Source: Eledone cirrhosa
Taxonomy: Eukaryota
DNA length: 64,000 bases
Direction: 5' to 3'
Assembly: GCA_964016885.1 (NCBI GenBank)
Contig: OZ024740.1
Coordinates: forward strand, 384,896,001-384,960,000
Shown here in pieces: positions 41,591-54,858 of this stretch (within the stretch, counting starts at the first letter, position 1; the number at the start of each line of letters is the position of its first letter). The translations under genes were made by a program, and so were the position numbers. The notes under the pieces are model-generated. The model made no database searches, was not told the DNA's origin, and worked only from the letters and a program-made list of their open reading frames with translations.

Positions 41591-44511
41591 ATATAATAAA
41601 ATAAATAGGAGGTTAATTATATGTTAATTATTGAATAGGAGGTTAATTATATGTATAAACATTGATAATGCTCCAATGGCTCCGAACTAAAGTTTGGAAG
41701 AAACAATTGTCAGCGATAAAATGATTTGAAAATAACTTCGATACTTGTGTAATTTATATAATTTATTATAAAATAAATATGGTTTCATAAATATAGTTTC
41801 CATTTATTTAATATCATTGTATATATATATATAGAGAGAGAGGGGATAGATAGATTTATACATACAAATGTCTTCCGCATAGTTCCCGTCAAGCAAATTT
41901 CAGTCACACTTGATTGATCAGTCCGTGGCAATGCTCGAAGAAACCTAACCAAAGTACCATAAAGTTGGGTCGAACCCCGAACCACATGTTTACGAAGTAA
42001 TCATTTCATCTACACAACCGTAGTTGCCTCCGTACATAATCAGAAAAAACTATTCAAACCAATATTAGCAAAACGTTAATGAGTGAGAATAATAAAAACA
42101 TCGTGCTATGTACATAAGTAGGCAATATTGAAATACATTTAGCTCCACTAATTATGGTATCCAACAATATATTACAGTACTAACTATTAAAGGTACAAGT
42201 ATGTTGCACTACTAACTCTTATAGTTTCTAATGCCTGGAAGAAACTATACTTCCATTAACCTATGTATGTGAAAGTTTTCCTATTGCATTATTTTTTAAT
42301 AACTTCTAAATCACTTAGCCTGTAAATAACTTGATGTAAAACAAAATTTTAGAGAGCAAAAACAAATATTTATTTTACATAATAATCATTCATAAAATTA
42401 TTTGGATTGCCTAACTTAAGTAGTTTCTGAGATACCACTGTGGACACCCAAACAATCGGTGAGTTGACGATAAAGCAGAATAAAAAGCAATTACTAAACG
42501 ATTGGATACCTCTTTTGAAATCAAATGTCCAACGAGGCTGTTGTTCACGAATGCATACAATGAAAATAATAACTTTTGCTGACTGAATATATTGGATAAA
42601 GAGTGTGGGGGTGGGGTTAACAGAATACTTTGTTAGGATAGTTGATTTTCAGAATTGCTGGAACGTCGGATAGATATCATTGCGGTAGTTTTACATTCTG
42701 AGTTCGTATCTCGCCGTGGTCAATTTTGCATTTTTCCGGGTTCAATAAGATGAAGTACCAGTCAAATATTGGAATTGATTTAATCAACTGTGCCCTCCTC
42801 CCTAATTTGCTGGCCTTTTGCCTCAATTGGAAATTAATGTTATATACTTTGTTAACTTCATCATTCGTGGTTAATAAAATAACAGTTAAATACTGGTGTC
42901 AGTATAATCGATTATACTCAACCCTTTCATACTGTAAGACCATAAGCCTATATTAAAAACAAATATCAAATAGTGATCATTATAGAATAGAAGTACCCTG
43001 TAAGCTCAGCTCTTTTTGATTTAGATTGTAGTTATTTAATTTCCTTTATGTATAATGCCAGTTTAATACGCTATTTCTAATTATGCTATCGACTCACAAG
43101 AGGATGAGAAGTAAGTCGCATCCATCAAAATTCGATATAAATGCATAAAACGTTAGATACTTAAATCGGTGTCCTCTTATCTCTGTCATTCTATACTAAT
43201 GTTGATTTTTAATTTAGGCACCAAACCAGCAAATTTGAGCGAAGGCCAAAGTTGATTAAATCAGCACCAATACTATACTGGCACTTTATTTCATCGAGCA
43301 TCCTTCCAAAGTTGAACAAATAAAATTACCAGTAAATTACTGGAGGTGCTATAATCGACTTTCTCATTCCCCAGGATTGTTAGCTTCGTGCCTAAATTAA
43401 AAACAATCCCTTTTCAGGAGGATATTTAATAAAGCTTGTCCCAGTATACCATTGGTACTTATTACTGACACCACTGATATCTCAAGTCAGAAAGCAACAG
43501 TTTCAATCACAACACTTTCGTTTCTACAATAGTACGAACGATTTCTTATATTGCCAGTCAGCTGTAAATTGATTAGGCGAAATGAACCTTCTTGAATATA
43601 TTTACGAACAAGCCACAAATACGGAAAGACAAATTATCCCCCAATAGATATAAACACAGAACGTAGATGGATGGAACTAAATATTACCAGCACCGTACAT
43701 GCTAACAATGCTAACGGATTGGGTTAATCCATGAACAAAAGACTTGAAAGCGACGGAGTGATAATTCTATTTCGATATATATCTAAATTTTGCCAGCATA
43801 TAAATTACAGTTCTTTGATGGAATTACCAAAGCGACCCGTTCATTCCCCAACACATTTCAGCCTATAAGTCCATGACCTACCCACACATTATCTAAGCCT
43901 GCACACAGCCTCGACATGCTAGAAATAGCAGTTAAATTCCTTACAACTAAATACTATAGTTTTATATAAGAGAAGTATATGTGATTGGCTACGTCAGGCA
44001 TTGCATTCATCATAGACCTGTTCGATTACACAAGACCTTGGTTAAACAACACCATATAGATGTCACACATATGACTCCCCCCCCCCACACACACACCCAC
44101 ACACACATATACATACATAAGACAAACACACTAGTAGGTGTTACATTTAACGGCTCCACAACATTTACAACACGCTGAGTAAAGAAAGCAAAACGTCAAA
44201 TAAACATACTTAGATCAAACATGGATATCACCTTTGTCTAATAGAAATAAGTAATAGCAATGATGTACAAGCAATATGAGGGTAGTTGATTGCCAGAATT
44301 GGTTGAGTACTAAATATAATACCATTGGGATCTAAATATAATACCATTCTGGATCTTTACATACTGAGTTCAAATCTATCTTTCGGAGGTCGATAAAATT
44401 ATTAACAGACAAGTACTTGGATTGATTCAATGAACTTTGTCCTTCCCATAAATATGTTGACCTTGCGCCTAAATCATAAAGTATTATATTAGTTTCATCA
44501 TGGACTATGAC

Positions 44512-45352
44512 CAGTGGTCGAATGGCCATGTTGCCCAATGGCAAGTGGGCCCACTGTAGTATTTTAGGGGCCAATACTTAGCTTTCATAAAATACCTGAA
44601 GTCTAAGAGAAAGAAAGCTTATGGAACACCCTAATGATTTAAAAGTCGACCTGAAGTAGGAGCATAACATTAAGAAAGAAATGAACGACACCACATCATT
44701 TTGTTTTGCAAATTTTCAAGTAGGTTTATAAGTAGGAATTTTTATCAGATTTTCTTAATTGTCTCCGTGGCATAGCGGTAGGTACTAGAGACGGTAAAGA
44801 TCTAGCCCTTGAGTTCAATCCTGGTCAAGAGGTACATGTAAACTTTTACAGTTTTTATTTTACATACCATAGAAAAAAAACTACTCCCGACCAGGATCGA
44901 ACCCCAGACCAGAATCACCCCCGTCTGTGATTCCTCCAACTAGGCCACCGAGACAGATAAAAAAGAATGATGAAAATTAATAATTATAAACCTACTTTCA
45001 AAATCAAAGTTAAAACGGTGTGGCGTCGTCCATGTCTTTCCTAGAGCTATTAGTCAATCTTCTGGCTCTTTGGTAACAACCTTCCTCTGTGTGTTTAACT
45101 GTTGAATTATTTTAATTTGATTATTTTAACAAACAAATAATATATATACATATATACGGTGGCGGACTGGCAAGGTTGCCAGGTTGCCCGATGGCAAGTG
45201 GGACCCAGGGGGCCTACAGTAGCATTGCAGGAGCCCACAGTAGCATTGCAAGGCCCACTGTAATATTTTAGGGACCAATGCTAGCATTCTATATGTAGGT
45301 GGAGCTCCTTCATCTCCTAGCAACCAATAATTCTAGACCCAGTCCGCCACTG
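44512..45352. mobile_element. Non-autonomous hAT-type DNA transposon
   Basis: Imperfect TIRs CAGTGGTCGAATGG / CCAGTCCGCCACTG and a perfect 8-bp TSD ACTATGAC (44504-44511 and 45353-45360). A second internal 5'-end copy starts at 45157. Confidence 0.8.
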
Positions 45353-46049
45353 ACTATGACTACCCAGTCTAGACCACTAAATCCTTCCATAGCAAGCTAT
45401 CATACGCTATAAAGTGATTTCATTCATTGATAATTAATGAAGACCATGTCGTTCGCTAAATGATTGAATATATTTTATATGTCTTTAAGTTACCGTTGTT
45501 TCCGATTCTAATACGGGAATAACAATCGACTGGTTGTGCTTTCTAGAGCTCAGGTTTCGTTTCCGCTGCTCTTTGGGGGGGGGGGGGGGGGGATCTTTTC
45601 CGTATACTATAGAGTCCCTCTCTCAGCAAATCATTCTCAGATTTACATAACAAACTCATGCCTCTCAATGCTATTTCAAGCTACCCATGTTCTGATTACC
45701 AACTTGTTCTTCCCTACAGCAAGCCCACCATAAAGAATTTGCTTTAATACACGTATATAGTTTATGCGCCAAGTCAGCAAATTGGCAGAGTCGTTAGAAC
45801 GTCGGATTGTATGCTTTGCAGTATTCGTTCCTGTTATCAGTGCTCTAAGTTCAAATCCAGTCGAAATAAACTTTGCCTTTTATACTTTCGAGGTGAATTT
45901 AAAACAATGCTCAATCAAGTATTGGAATTGATTCAATCTTTGACTGTCTGATTGCTGCGCTGATTGCCTTATTAAATAAAAACCAGCAATAAATCCGGTC
46001 GAATCAATAGACACATCTATGTCGGTTCCTGGTGTGGAGTAACGAAAGG

Positions 46050-46490
46050 TGGCCTTAGTAATATAACACCATGTTTCTCAGTTTCATCATGTCCCTGGCA
46101 GCTTTGGATATTTCATTCTCGTCAAGTTGCACATCCAGAAGCGTCAACCAATATTTTTACACAGGTTGGTTTCTACCTGCTCTACTTCTTTGTCTATGTT
46201 ATGGGACGCACAGACCGTATTACTGGATTAGATATTCCTCGTATCGTATAATAGAATTTCGAATGAACGATAACTGCCGGTAGATGACTGTGTTAACTAG
46301 TGAAAGATGCTTGTTTGCTCATATATATAGGGGTTGTTCTCCTGATGTTAAGTATGTTCCTCAAGCAGTGAGTTTGAAAGACATTAATGTTCTTCTCCAA
46401 TGTCTTTGTGGTAGTGTATGGCTCAGATGCATCGAGAAGATTAGGCAGAACTAATACTTTAAGAATATTGATTTTTAGTCAATCACATCT
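46050..46490 (-). mobile_element. RTE-like LINE C-terminal remnant
   Basis: KINILKVLVLPNLLDASE resembles the RTE motif K..YK..VLP.LLY.SE.W. Confidence 0.5.
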
Positions 46491-46539
46491 TTCGACATGT
46501 TTTGTAGCACCCAGCAGCGACGCCTGGGTAACTGCCCCT

Positions 46540-47470
46540 GTGACACTGAAGAGGTTTTGAGCCCGAAGCTTGAAGTAGGACACTCTGATGTAAAACCTCC
46601 GACCCAATTACCTCGCTGTCACGGCCCCAGCTTGCTTCTCCATGACAGAAGAACAACAGATGTAAAGTGTAGTGTCAACTCAGTGCAGTCTTCACTTCAG
46701 CTAAACGCTCCAATGCGCAGGCTAAAAAAAACATGTTCGTGACAACCAACCACTCAAAGCCCTGTAGCAATGGGAAAGGGGCGAAAATTGGCAGATGTAT
46801 GATATCACAGGAAGCATAATCTCAACCCAGCATTGCAGGCGTTTCAGGATTTTGCTCGTCTGATGTTGATCCGGAGACGACAACATCGTTCGGCCCACTC
46901 TGAATGACTAAGCAACCTTCTCTAGGGACAGCTCTACAGGCTCTACTCGGAGAGGAGTCTAGAAAGACCAGTGTGGCTAAATAAGACTCGACAGTGTCAT
47001 CTCAGAGGCCTTCTAGACCATCAATAGAGTGAGGCAGGGTTGCGTCCTGGCACCGGCCCTCATCACCATCTTCTTCACCATTATACTCAATCAGGCCACA
47101 GAATATTTTGATTACGAGGACGGTGTCTACGTTAGATACCGTCTTGATGACAGACAGTTTAATCATCATCGAATAAAGACCTATATTGAACATTGCTGGT
47201 GATCCACATTATCTGAGAACCGTGACCCCTGGCGTCTCAACATCAAGCAGGTCTTCTCCTCTTTTGAAAACACATGCAGGATCAACCTTGCGGACAACAG
47301 GTGCATGAGAAATAACGACAAGACCAAGTCTTCAAAAGCTTCAACCGCTGCGGCCTTGCTTACCTGTGTCGCATTGGCCTGAACAGCCACGTGTGTTTCT
47401 GCAGTCAACGTGGGCCAAGGTTTTTCTTAATCTTCATTCGTGAAGAAAGCCTTGATGATGTTGATGCTAT
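46540..47470 (+). mobile_element. Internally deleted RTE-BovB-like LINE
   Basis: Translation VRQGCVLAPALITIFF..GVYVRYRLD (~47000-47160), a 3' RIGLNSH-like motif and a (GAT)n tail. The 5' boundary is approximate. Confidence 0.7.
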
Positions 47471-48388
47471 TCCTACTACTACTGCTTCTATTGCTGCTGC
47501 TACTAATACTACCACTACTACTACTACTGCTGCTACTATTACTACTATCAAATTAGCTTTGACTTCAATTCAAAGCAATGAATGTTAATTACTTGGCTTC
47601 TAAATTAAACAAGGCAAGTGTTTAAACGATGTATGTCTCTAGAGTGCGTAGGCCAGTGATGTTTTGCATCGGCGTGAATCGCTTTAAGACGTATACAGCA
47701 AAGATGTCGTCGGTGCCTTCCAGAGAGTAGTAGCGATGACTAACGTTCCAGAAAATCTTTTGGCGAGAACAAATATATTTCTGCTTCACCGAAGTGTGGC
47801 ATTACCTAAAACGTTAGCCTATTTACAATGTTACAACTCACCGATATACTCCTCTTTTGTTTATAATTATCTGATAGCTTGGTTAATTTATGGCGGGTGT
47901 TTAGTCAATTAATTAGTTAATTAGTGACATGATTTATTCATTTATGATTTTATCCTGTTATTCTTTTACTGGTTGCGACCACGCTGGTGTATAACCTTAA
48001 TGCGGGTTAACCGATCATATTGAGCCTTGTGCTTATCATTTCATGTGCACTGGTTGTTTTATCGTTTTCTTTTTGTAAAGCCACAGAGTTACACATCATA
48101 GATAAACAGACACTCTAACGCACATACGTGTGTATATATATATATGTGTGTGTGTATGTGTGTGTGCGTGTGTGCGTGTGCATGTGTGCGTGTGCGCGTA
48201 TGGGTGTGTGTATGTGTGCGTGTATATTTGGATGTGTGCGTGCGTATGTGTGAGTGCGTATGTGTGCATGTATATGCATATATTTATATATACATCTATT
48301 TATATATATATATCACTTCCTCCAAGCGTGAACCTATTATAACTGTGTAATTTTGCATCCTGTGTTTTATTTTGTTTCATTTATTAAC

Positions 48389-48501
<113 letters not shown>

Positions 48502-50424
48502 GCACACACACACACACATATATATGTATGTACGTATGTATGTATGTATACAACAGAGAGGTTTCTGCATAGTTTCCATCTAATATCTTTTAGTTTCAAG
48601 GCTAGCGTCGAATGCTCTTGCCTAAGGGGGACGCAATGTGATTGAACTAGATACCAACTGACTCGACCAGGTATGCAGACATACTGTTCAGTCTTGTTTA
48701 GTATGTCTGTGTTTAATCTCTGTTTATTAAAAAAGCTGTCATTTTGTCAAATACGCAGCTGTATTAAAACTACCTTTGTAACAGGATAAGAAAGACTGTC
48801 TGATAACATTGCCAACTGCTTCTCACCATATAATGTTGTATAAGTATTGCTGTTGTTAGCCGCTTTACATATTACAAATGAAATATAAATCTCTCCAACG
48901 CGAAATGGCAGCATATTTTGTGGAGAAGACTGGTAATTATTTTATTTAACATCGAAAATAGATGAAAAGTAAAGTCGACCAACATGACCAAACATTTGAC
49001 ACAGTGGAGAATTGATTATGGTATCAGTCCCGAGTTTTGTGTGTGTCCACATCCTTATGCTTCCATAAGGAGCTCTTTATTCATGTACGTATGTATACTT
49101 GTGTTTGTGTGAAAGAGAAAGAGAGAGAGCGTGTGTGGGTGATGTATGCGTGAGTCCGTGTGTGTAATTAATCCTTTGCTTACATTGATACAATGACAAG
49201 TAAATCTACGGTAATATATATATTCGATTGAATCGACTGCTAAGATACCTGCAACATTATTTAATGACATCGAAAGAAAACAATATACGTCTACGGTGAA
49301 AGGATTTGAACTCATACCGTAGAATGACAACACTAAATAATGTGAAGCTTTTCATCCGGAATTCAGCTTTTCTGCATTAACTTGAGATTGGGTTTTCACA
49401 CCGCACTAGGTCAAACATTTATGCCAAACCACTGTATCCAATGTAATCGACTTCCAAATATTTATTTCATTTGTTCTACGGATAAGTCAAAGAAATGAAT
49501 CCTGGTGATAAAAATGCGTTAACTATACAGTATTTTGCATAGCACCTTATTCAGAGACTTGGTGTTTTTACCACTCCACTACCCTTTAAACTTATAAATA
49601 TTACGATATTTCAGGCTTCAGATATATATAAATTATAGGAGGCTCTAAGGCTCTTATAATTTAATCCCGGCTGAGTTTTAATCAATATTCCATTTAGTCT
49701 TCAGACATAGTGTATCTAGTATTACTTTATCCTATGTGCCTTTAAATGAAATTTGGCTGCTATTTTTAGTAAAGTCTTCCCCTTTGGCTCTTTCCGATAT
49801 TGTTTTCTGTACTTGCTGTTATCGTCGAGTGTAAAGTAAAGCTAATATATTGTTGCTAGGTTTTATACTATAGTACTTTCTGCATTAACATACTGTAAAT
49901 GGATGTCGGTTTATGACCAAAAGCGTGCAATATATTCCAATATTTCCATATTATCTCAAGGATCTGTTCCTTTCGAATGAGTTTAATCAGTCTAGCTGAC
50001 ATTCAACGAAGGTAGGAATATTGCCAAACATGTGATGTTGTCCTGTTATTCGATTTTAAGTGATAATGGCATAGGTTGTTTGTAACATTATCAAGAATGA
50101 TCAGTGGCAGTTTAGCTGGTTTGTTGCCGCATATAAAACGTTACGTGAATTGATAATAAGTTGCAAATGGTTAATTTGATTATAATAAATTATATCATTA
50201 TAATGTTCTTTGGATTTTCTTCCGTGTATTAGTTGATTTGGGGTTTGTTTGTTTCTTTTTTGTGTATGTGAATGAAGGACACAAATCTAAATGACTATTT
50301 TTTTATTATATGGACTCCTGAAGAAGAAGAAGAAGAAGAAGAAGATTCACTGATTATTTTCTACTACATATTTAAGTAAAGTGGAACCTGGTTAACAGAA
50401 ACTGTTAAACAACAACACACACAG

Positions 50425-50506
<82 letters not shown>

Positions 50507-50534
50507 TATATATATACATATATATATATATATA

Positions 50535-50949
50535 TGAATATAGACATAGAATATTCGAAAATATTCTGTATGTTTATAATAAACATTTTGAAGACCTAAT
50601 CGCTATAGAATAGAATACGTCACGTATTACAATTAGATTCTCGATAAAAGCAAGGGAAGTAATCTACGCGTTTCATTCTCGTTAGAAATCATCAGGACTA
50701 CATATCCAGTGCTTTTATCGAGAATGACACAGCTAGAGACTTATAGAATACTTAGCTGTGTACAGGAACTGGTTTGAAAGAGCGGTTGCCGGTCCGGCAG
50801 AAATTAGAAATTGGAATAAATGCTCTGAAATAGCGATATATATGTGAATATAGACATAGAATATTCGAAAATATTCTGTATGTTTATAATAAACATTTTG
50901 AAGACCTAATCGCTATAGAATAGAATACGTCTCGTATTACAATTAGATT
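50535..50949 (-). mobile_element. Inverted ~1.3-unit copy of the 310-bp unit with one complete HHR (50637-50725)
   Basis: Reverse complement of the array unit, with one substitution seen at 50932. It joins the + array through a shared GATT (50946-50949) and its left end abuts (TA)n. Confidence 0.9.
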
Positions 50950-53900
50950 TCTAACGAGAATGAAACGCGTAGATTACTTCCCTTGCTTTTATCGAGAATC
51001 TAATTGTAATACGTGACGTATTCTATTCTATAGCGATTAGGTCTTCAAAATGTTTATTATAAACATACAGAATATTTTCGAATATTCTATGTCTATATTC
51101 ACATATATATCGCTATTTCAGAGCATTTATTCCAATTTCTAATTTCTGCCGGACCGGCAACCGCTCTTTCAAACCAGTTCCTGTACACAGCTAAGTATTC
51201 TATAAGTCTCTAGCTGTGTCATTCTCGATAAAAGCACTGGATATGTAGTCCTGATGATTTCTAACGAGAATGAAACGCGTAGATTACTTCCCTTGCTTTT
51301 ATCGAGAATCTAATTGTAATACGTGACGTATTCTATTCTATAGCGATTAGGTCTTCAAAATGTTTATTATAAACATACAGAATATTTTCGAATATTCTAT
51401 GTCTATATTCACATATATATCGCTATTTCAGAGCATTTATTCCAATTTCTAATTTCTGCCGGACCGGCAACCGCTCTTTCAAACCAGTTCCTGTACACAG
51501 CTAAGTATTCTATAAGTCTCTAGCTGTGTCATTCTCGATAAAAGCACTGGATATGTAGTCCTGATGATTTCTAACGAGAATGAAACGCGTAGATTACTTC
51601 CCTTGCTTTTATCGAGAATCTAATTGTAATACGTGACGTATTCTATTCTATAGCGATTAGGTCTTCAAAATGTTTATTATAAACATACAGAATATTTTCG
51701 AATATTCTATGTCTATATTCACATATATATCGCTATTTCAGAGCATTTATTCCAATTTCTAATTTCTGCCGGACCGGCAACCGCTCTTTCAAACCAGTTC
51801 CTGTACACAGCTAAGTATTCTATAAGTCTCTAGCTGTGTCATTCTCGATAAAAGCACTGGATATGTAGTCCTGATGATTTCTAACGAGAATGAAACGCGT
51901 AGATTACTTCCCTTGCTTTTATCGAGAATCTAATTGTAATACGTGACGTATTCTATTCTATAGCGATTAGGTCTTCAAAATGTTTATTATAAACATACAG
52001 AATATTTTCGAATATTCTATGTCTATATTCACATATATATCGCTATTTCAGAGCATTTATTCCAATTTCTAATTTCTGCCGGACCGGCAACCGCTCTTTC
52101 AAACCAGTTCCTGTACACAGCTAAGTATTCTATAAGTCTCTAGCTGTGTCATTCTCGATAAAAGCACTGGATATGTAGTCCTGATGATTTCTAACGAGAA
52201 TGAAACGCGTAGATTACTTCCCTTGCTTTTATCGAGAATCTAATTGTAATACGTGACGTATTCTATTCTATAGCGATTAGGTCTTCAAAATGTTTATTAT
52301 AAACATACAGAATATTTTCGAATATTCTATGTCTATATTCACATATATATCGCTATTTCAGAGCATTTATTCCAATTTCTAATTTCTGCCGGACCGGCAA
52401 CCGCTCTTTCAAACCAGTTCCTGTACACAGCTAAGTATTCTATAAGTCTCTAGCTGTGTCATTCTCGATAAAAGCACTGGATATGTAGTCCTGATGATTT
52501 CTAACGAGAATGAAACGCGTAGATTACTTCCCTTGCTTTTATCGAGAATCTAATTGTAATACGTGACGTATTCTATTCTATAGCGATTAGGTCTTCAAAA
52601 TGTTTATTATAAACATACAGAATATTTTCGAATATTCTATGTCTATATTCACATATATATCGCTATTTCAGAGCATTTATTCCAATTTCTAATTTCTGCC
52701 GGACCGGCAACCGCTCTTTCAAACCAGTTCCTGTACACAGCTAAGTATTCTATAAGTCTCTAGCTGTGTCATTCTCGATAAAAGCACTGGATATGTAGTC
52801 CTGATGATTTCTAACGAGAATGAAACGCGTAGATTACTTCCCTTGCTTTTATCGAGAATCTAATTGTAATACGTGACGTATTCTATTCTATAGCGATTAG
52901 GTCTTCAAAATGTTTATTATAAACATACAGAATATTTTCGAATATTCTATGTCTATATTCACATATATATCGCTATTTCAGAGCATTTATTCCAATTTCT
53001 AATTTCTGCCGGACCGGCAACCGCTCTTTCAAACCAGTTCCTGTACACAGCTAAGTATTCTATAAGTCTCTAGCTGTGTCATTCTCGATAAAAGCACTGG
53101 ATATGTAGTCCTGATGATTTCTAACGAGAATGAAACGCGTAGATTACTTCCCTTGCTTTTATCGAGAATCTAATTGTAATACGTGACGTATTCTATTCTA
53201 TAGCGATTAGGTCTTCAAAATGTTTATTATAAACATACAGAATATTTTCGAATATTCTATGTCTATATTCACATATATATCGCTATTTCAGAGCATTTAT
53301 TCCAATTTCTAATTTCTGCCGGACCGGCAACCGCTCTTTCAAACCAGTTCCTGTACACAGCTAAGTATTCTATAAGTCTCTAGCTGTGTCATTCTCGATA
53401 AAAGCACTGGATATGTAGTCCTGATGATTTCTAACGAGAATGAAACGCGTAGATTACTTCCCTTGCTTTTATCGAGAATCTAATTGTAATACGTGACGTA
53501 TTCTATTCTATAGCGATTAGGTCTTCAAAATGTTTATTATAAACATACAGAATATTTTCGAATATTCTATGTCTATATTCACATATATATCGCTATTTCA
53601 GAGCATTTATTCCAATTTCTAATTTCTGCCGGACCGGCAACCGCTCTTTCAAACCAGTTCCTGTACACAGCTAAGTATTCTATAAGTCTCTAGCTGTGTC
53701 ATTCTCGATAAAAGCACTGGATATGTAGTCCTGATGATTTCTAACGAGAATGAAACGCGTAGATTACTTCCCTTGCTTTTATCGAGAATCTAATTGTAAT
53801 ACGTGACGTATTCTATTCTATAGCGATTAGGTCTTCAAAATGTTTATTATAAACATACAGAATATTTTCGAATATTCTATGTCTATATTCACATATATAT

Positions 53901-54854
53901 CGCTATTTCAGAGCATTTATTCCAATTTCTAATTTCTGCCGGACCGGCAACCGCTCTTTCAAACCAGTTCCTGTACACAGCTAAGTATTCTATAAGTCTC
54001 TAGCTGTGTCATTCTCGATAAAAGCACTGGATATGTAGTCCTGATGATTTCTAACGAGAATGAAACGCGTAGATTACTTCCCTTGCTTTTATCGAGAATC
54101 TAATTGTAATACGTGACGTATTCTATTCTATAGCGATTAGGTCTTCAAAATGTTTATTATAAACATACAGAATATTTTCGAATATTCTATGTCTATATTC
54201 ACATATATATCGCTATTTCAGAGCATTTATTCCAATTTCTAATTTCTGCCGGACCGGCAACCGCTCTTTCAAACCAGTTCCTGTACACAGCTAAGTATTC
54301 TATAAGTCTCTAGCTGTGTCATTCTCGATAAAAGCACTGGATATGTAGTCCTGATGATTTCTAACGAGAATGAAACGCGTAGATTACTTCCCTTGCTTTT
54401 ATCGAGAATCTAATTGTAATACGTGACGTATTCTATTCTATAGCGATTAGGTCTTCAAAATGTTTATTATAAACATACAGAATATTTTCGAATATTCTAT
54501 GTCTATATTCACATATATATCGCTATTTCAGAGCATTTATTCCAATTTCTAATTTCTGCCGGACCGGCAACCGCTCTTTCAAACCAGTTCCTGTACACAG
54601 CTAAGTATTCTATAAGTCTCTAGCTGTGTCATTCTCGATAAAAGCACTGGATATGTAGTCCTGATGATTTCTAACGAGAATGAAACGCGTAGATTACTTC
54701 CCTTGCTTTTATCGAGAATCTAATTGTAATACGTGACGTATTCTATTCTATAGCGATTAGGTCTTCAAAATGTTTATTATAAACATACAGAATATTTTCG
54801 AATATTCTATGTCTATATTCACATATATATCGCTATTTCAGAGCATTTATTCCA

Positions 54855-54858
<4 letters not shown>
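50946..54858 (+). mobile_element. Tandem array of a 310-bp hammerhead-ribozyme-containing unit (putative non-LTR retrozyme / ribozyme satellite), ~12.6 copies
   Basis: CTAACGAGAA recurs every 310 nt (50951, 51261 ... 54671) and the units look identical by eye. Twelve complete HHR motifs GTAGTC-CTGATGA-TTTCTAACGAGAAT-GAAAC-GC-GTA-GATTAC are present. The array ends directly in (TA)n at 54859. Confidence 0.9.
51221..51309 (+). ncRNA. Type I hammerhead ribozyme (first complete copy in the array; repeats every 310 nt)
   Basis: Core CTGATGA at 51251-51257 and GAAA at 51272-51275. Stem II is TTCT/AGAA with an AACG loop; stem III lies in the palindrome ACGCGT; predicted cleavage is after GUA (A51281). 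Stem I GTAGTC/GATTAC extends through GGA/TCC to a 16-bp helix ATTCTCGATAAAAGCA/TGCTTTTATCGAGAAT. Confidence 0.88.

Noticed and set aside
44761-44955. Genuine tRNA genes
   Set aside because: A and B boxes are present, but I could not build a clean cloverleaf or anticodon arm, and the segments sit inside a transposon.
50535-50845. Second (antisense) ribozyme in the monomer, as in viroid-like ambisense RNAs
   Set aside because: I found no CTGANGA..GAAA core with matching stems on the opposite strand. Other ribozyme classes were not excluded computationally.
50946-54858. CRISPR array or coding repeat
   Set aside because: The units are identical with no variable spacers, the context is eukaryotic, and the ORF track shows no ORF of 60 aa or more.
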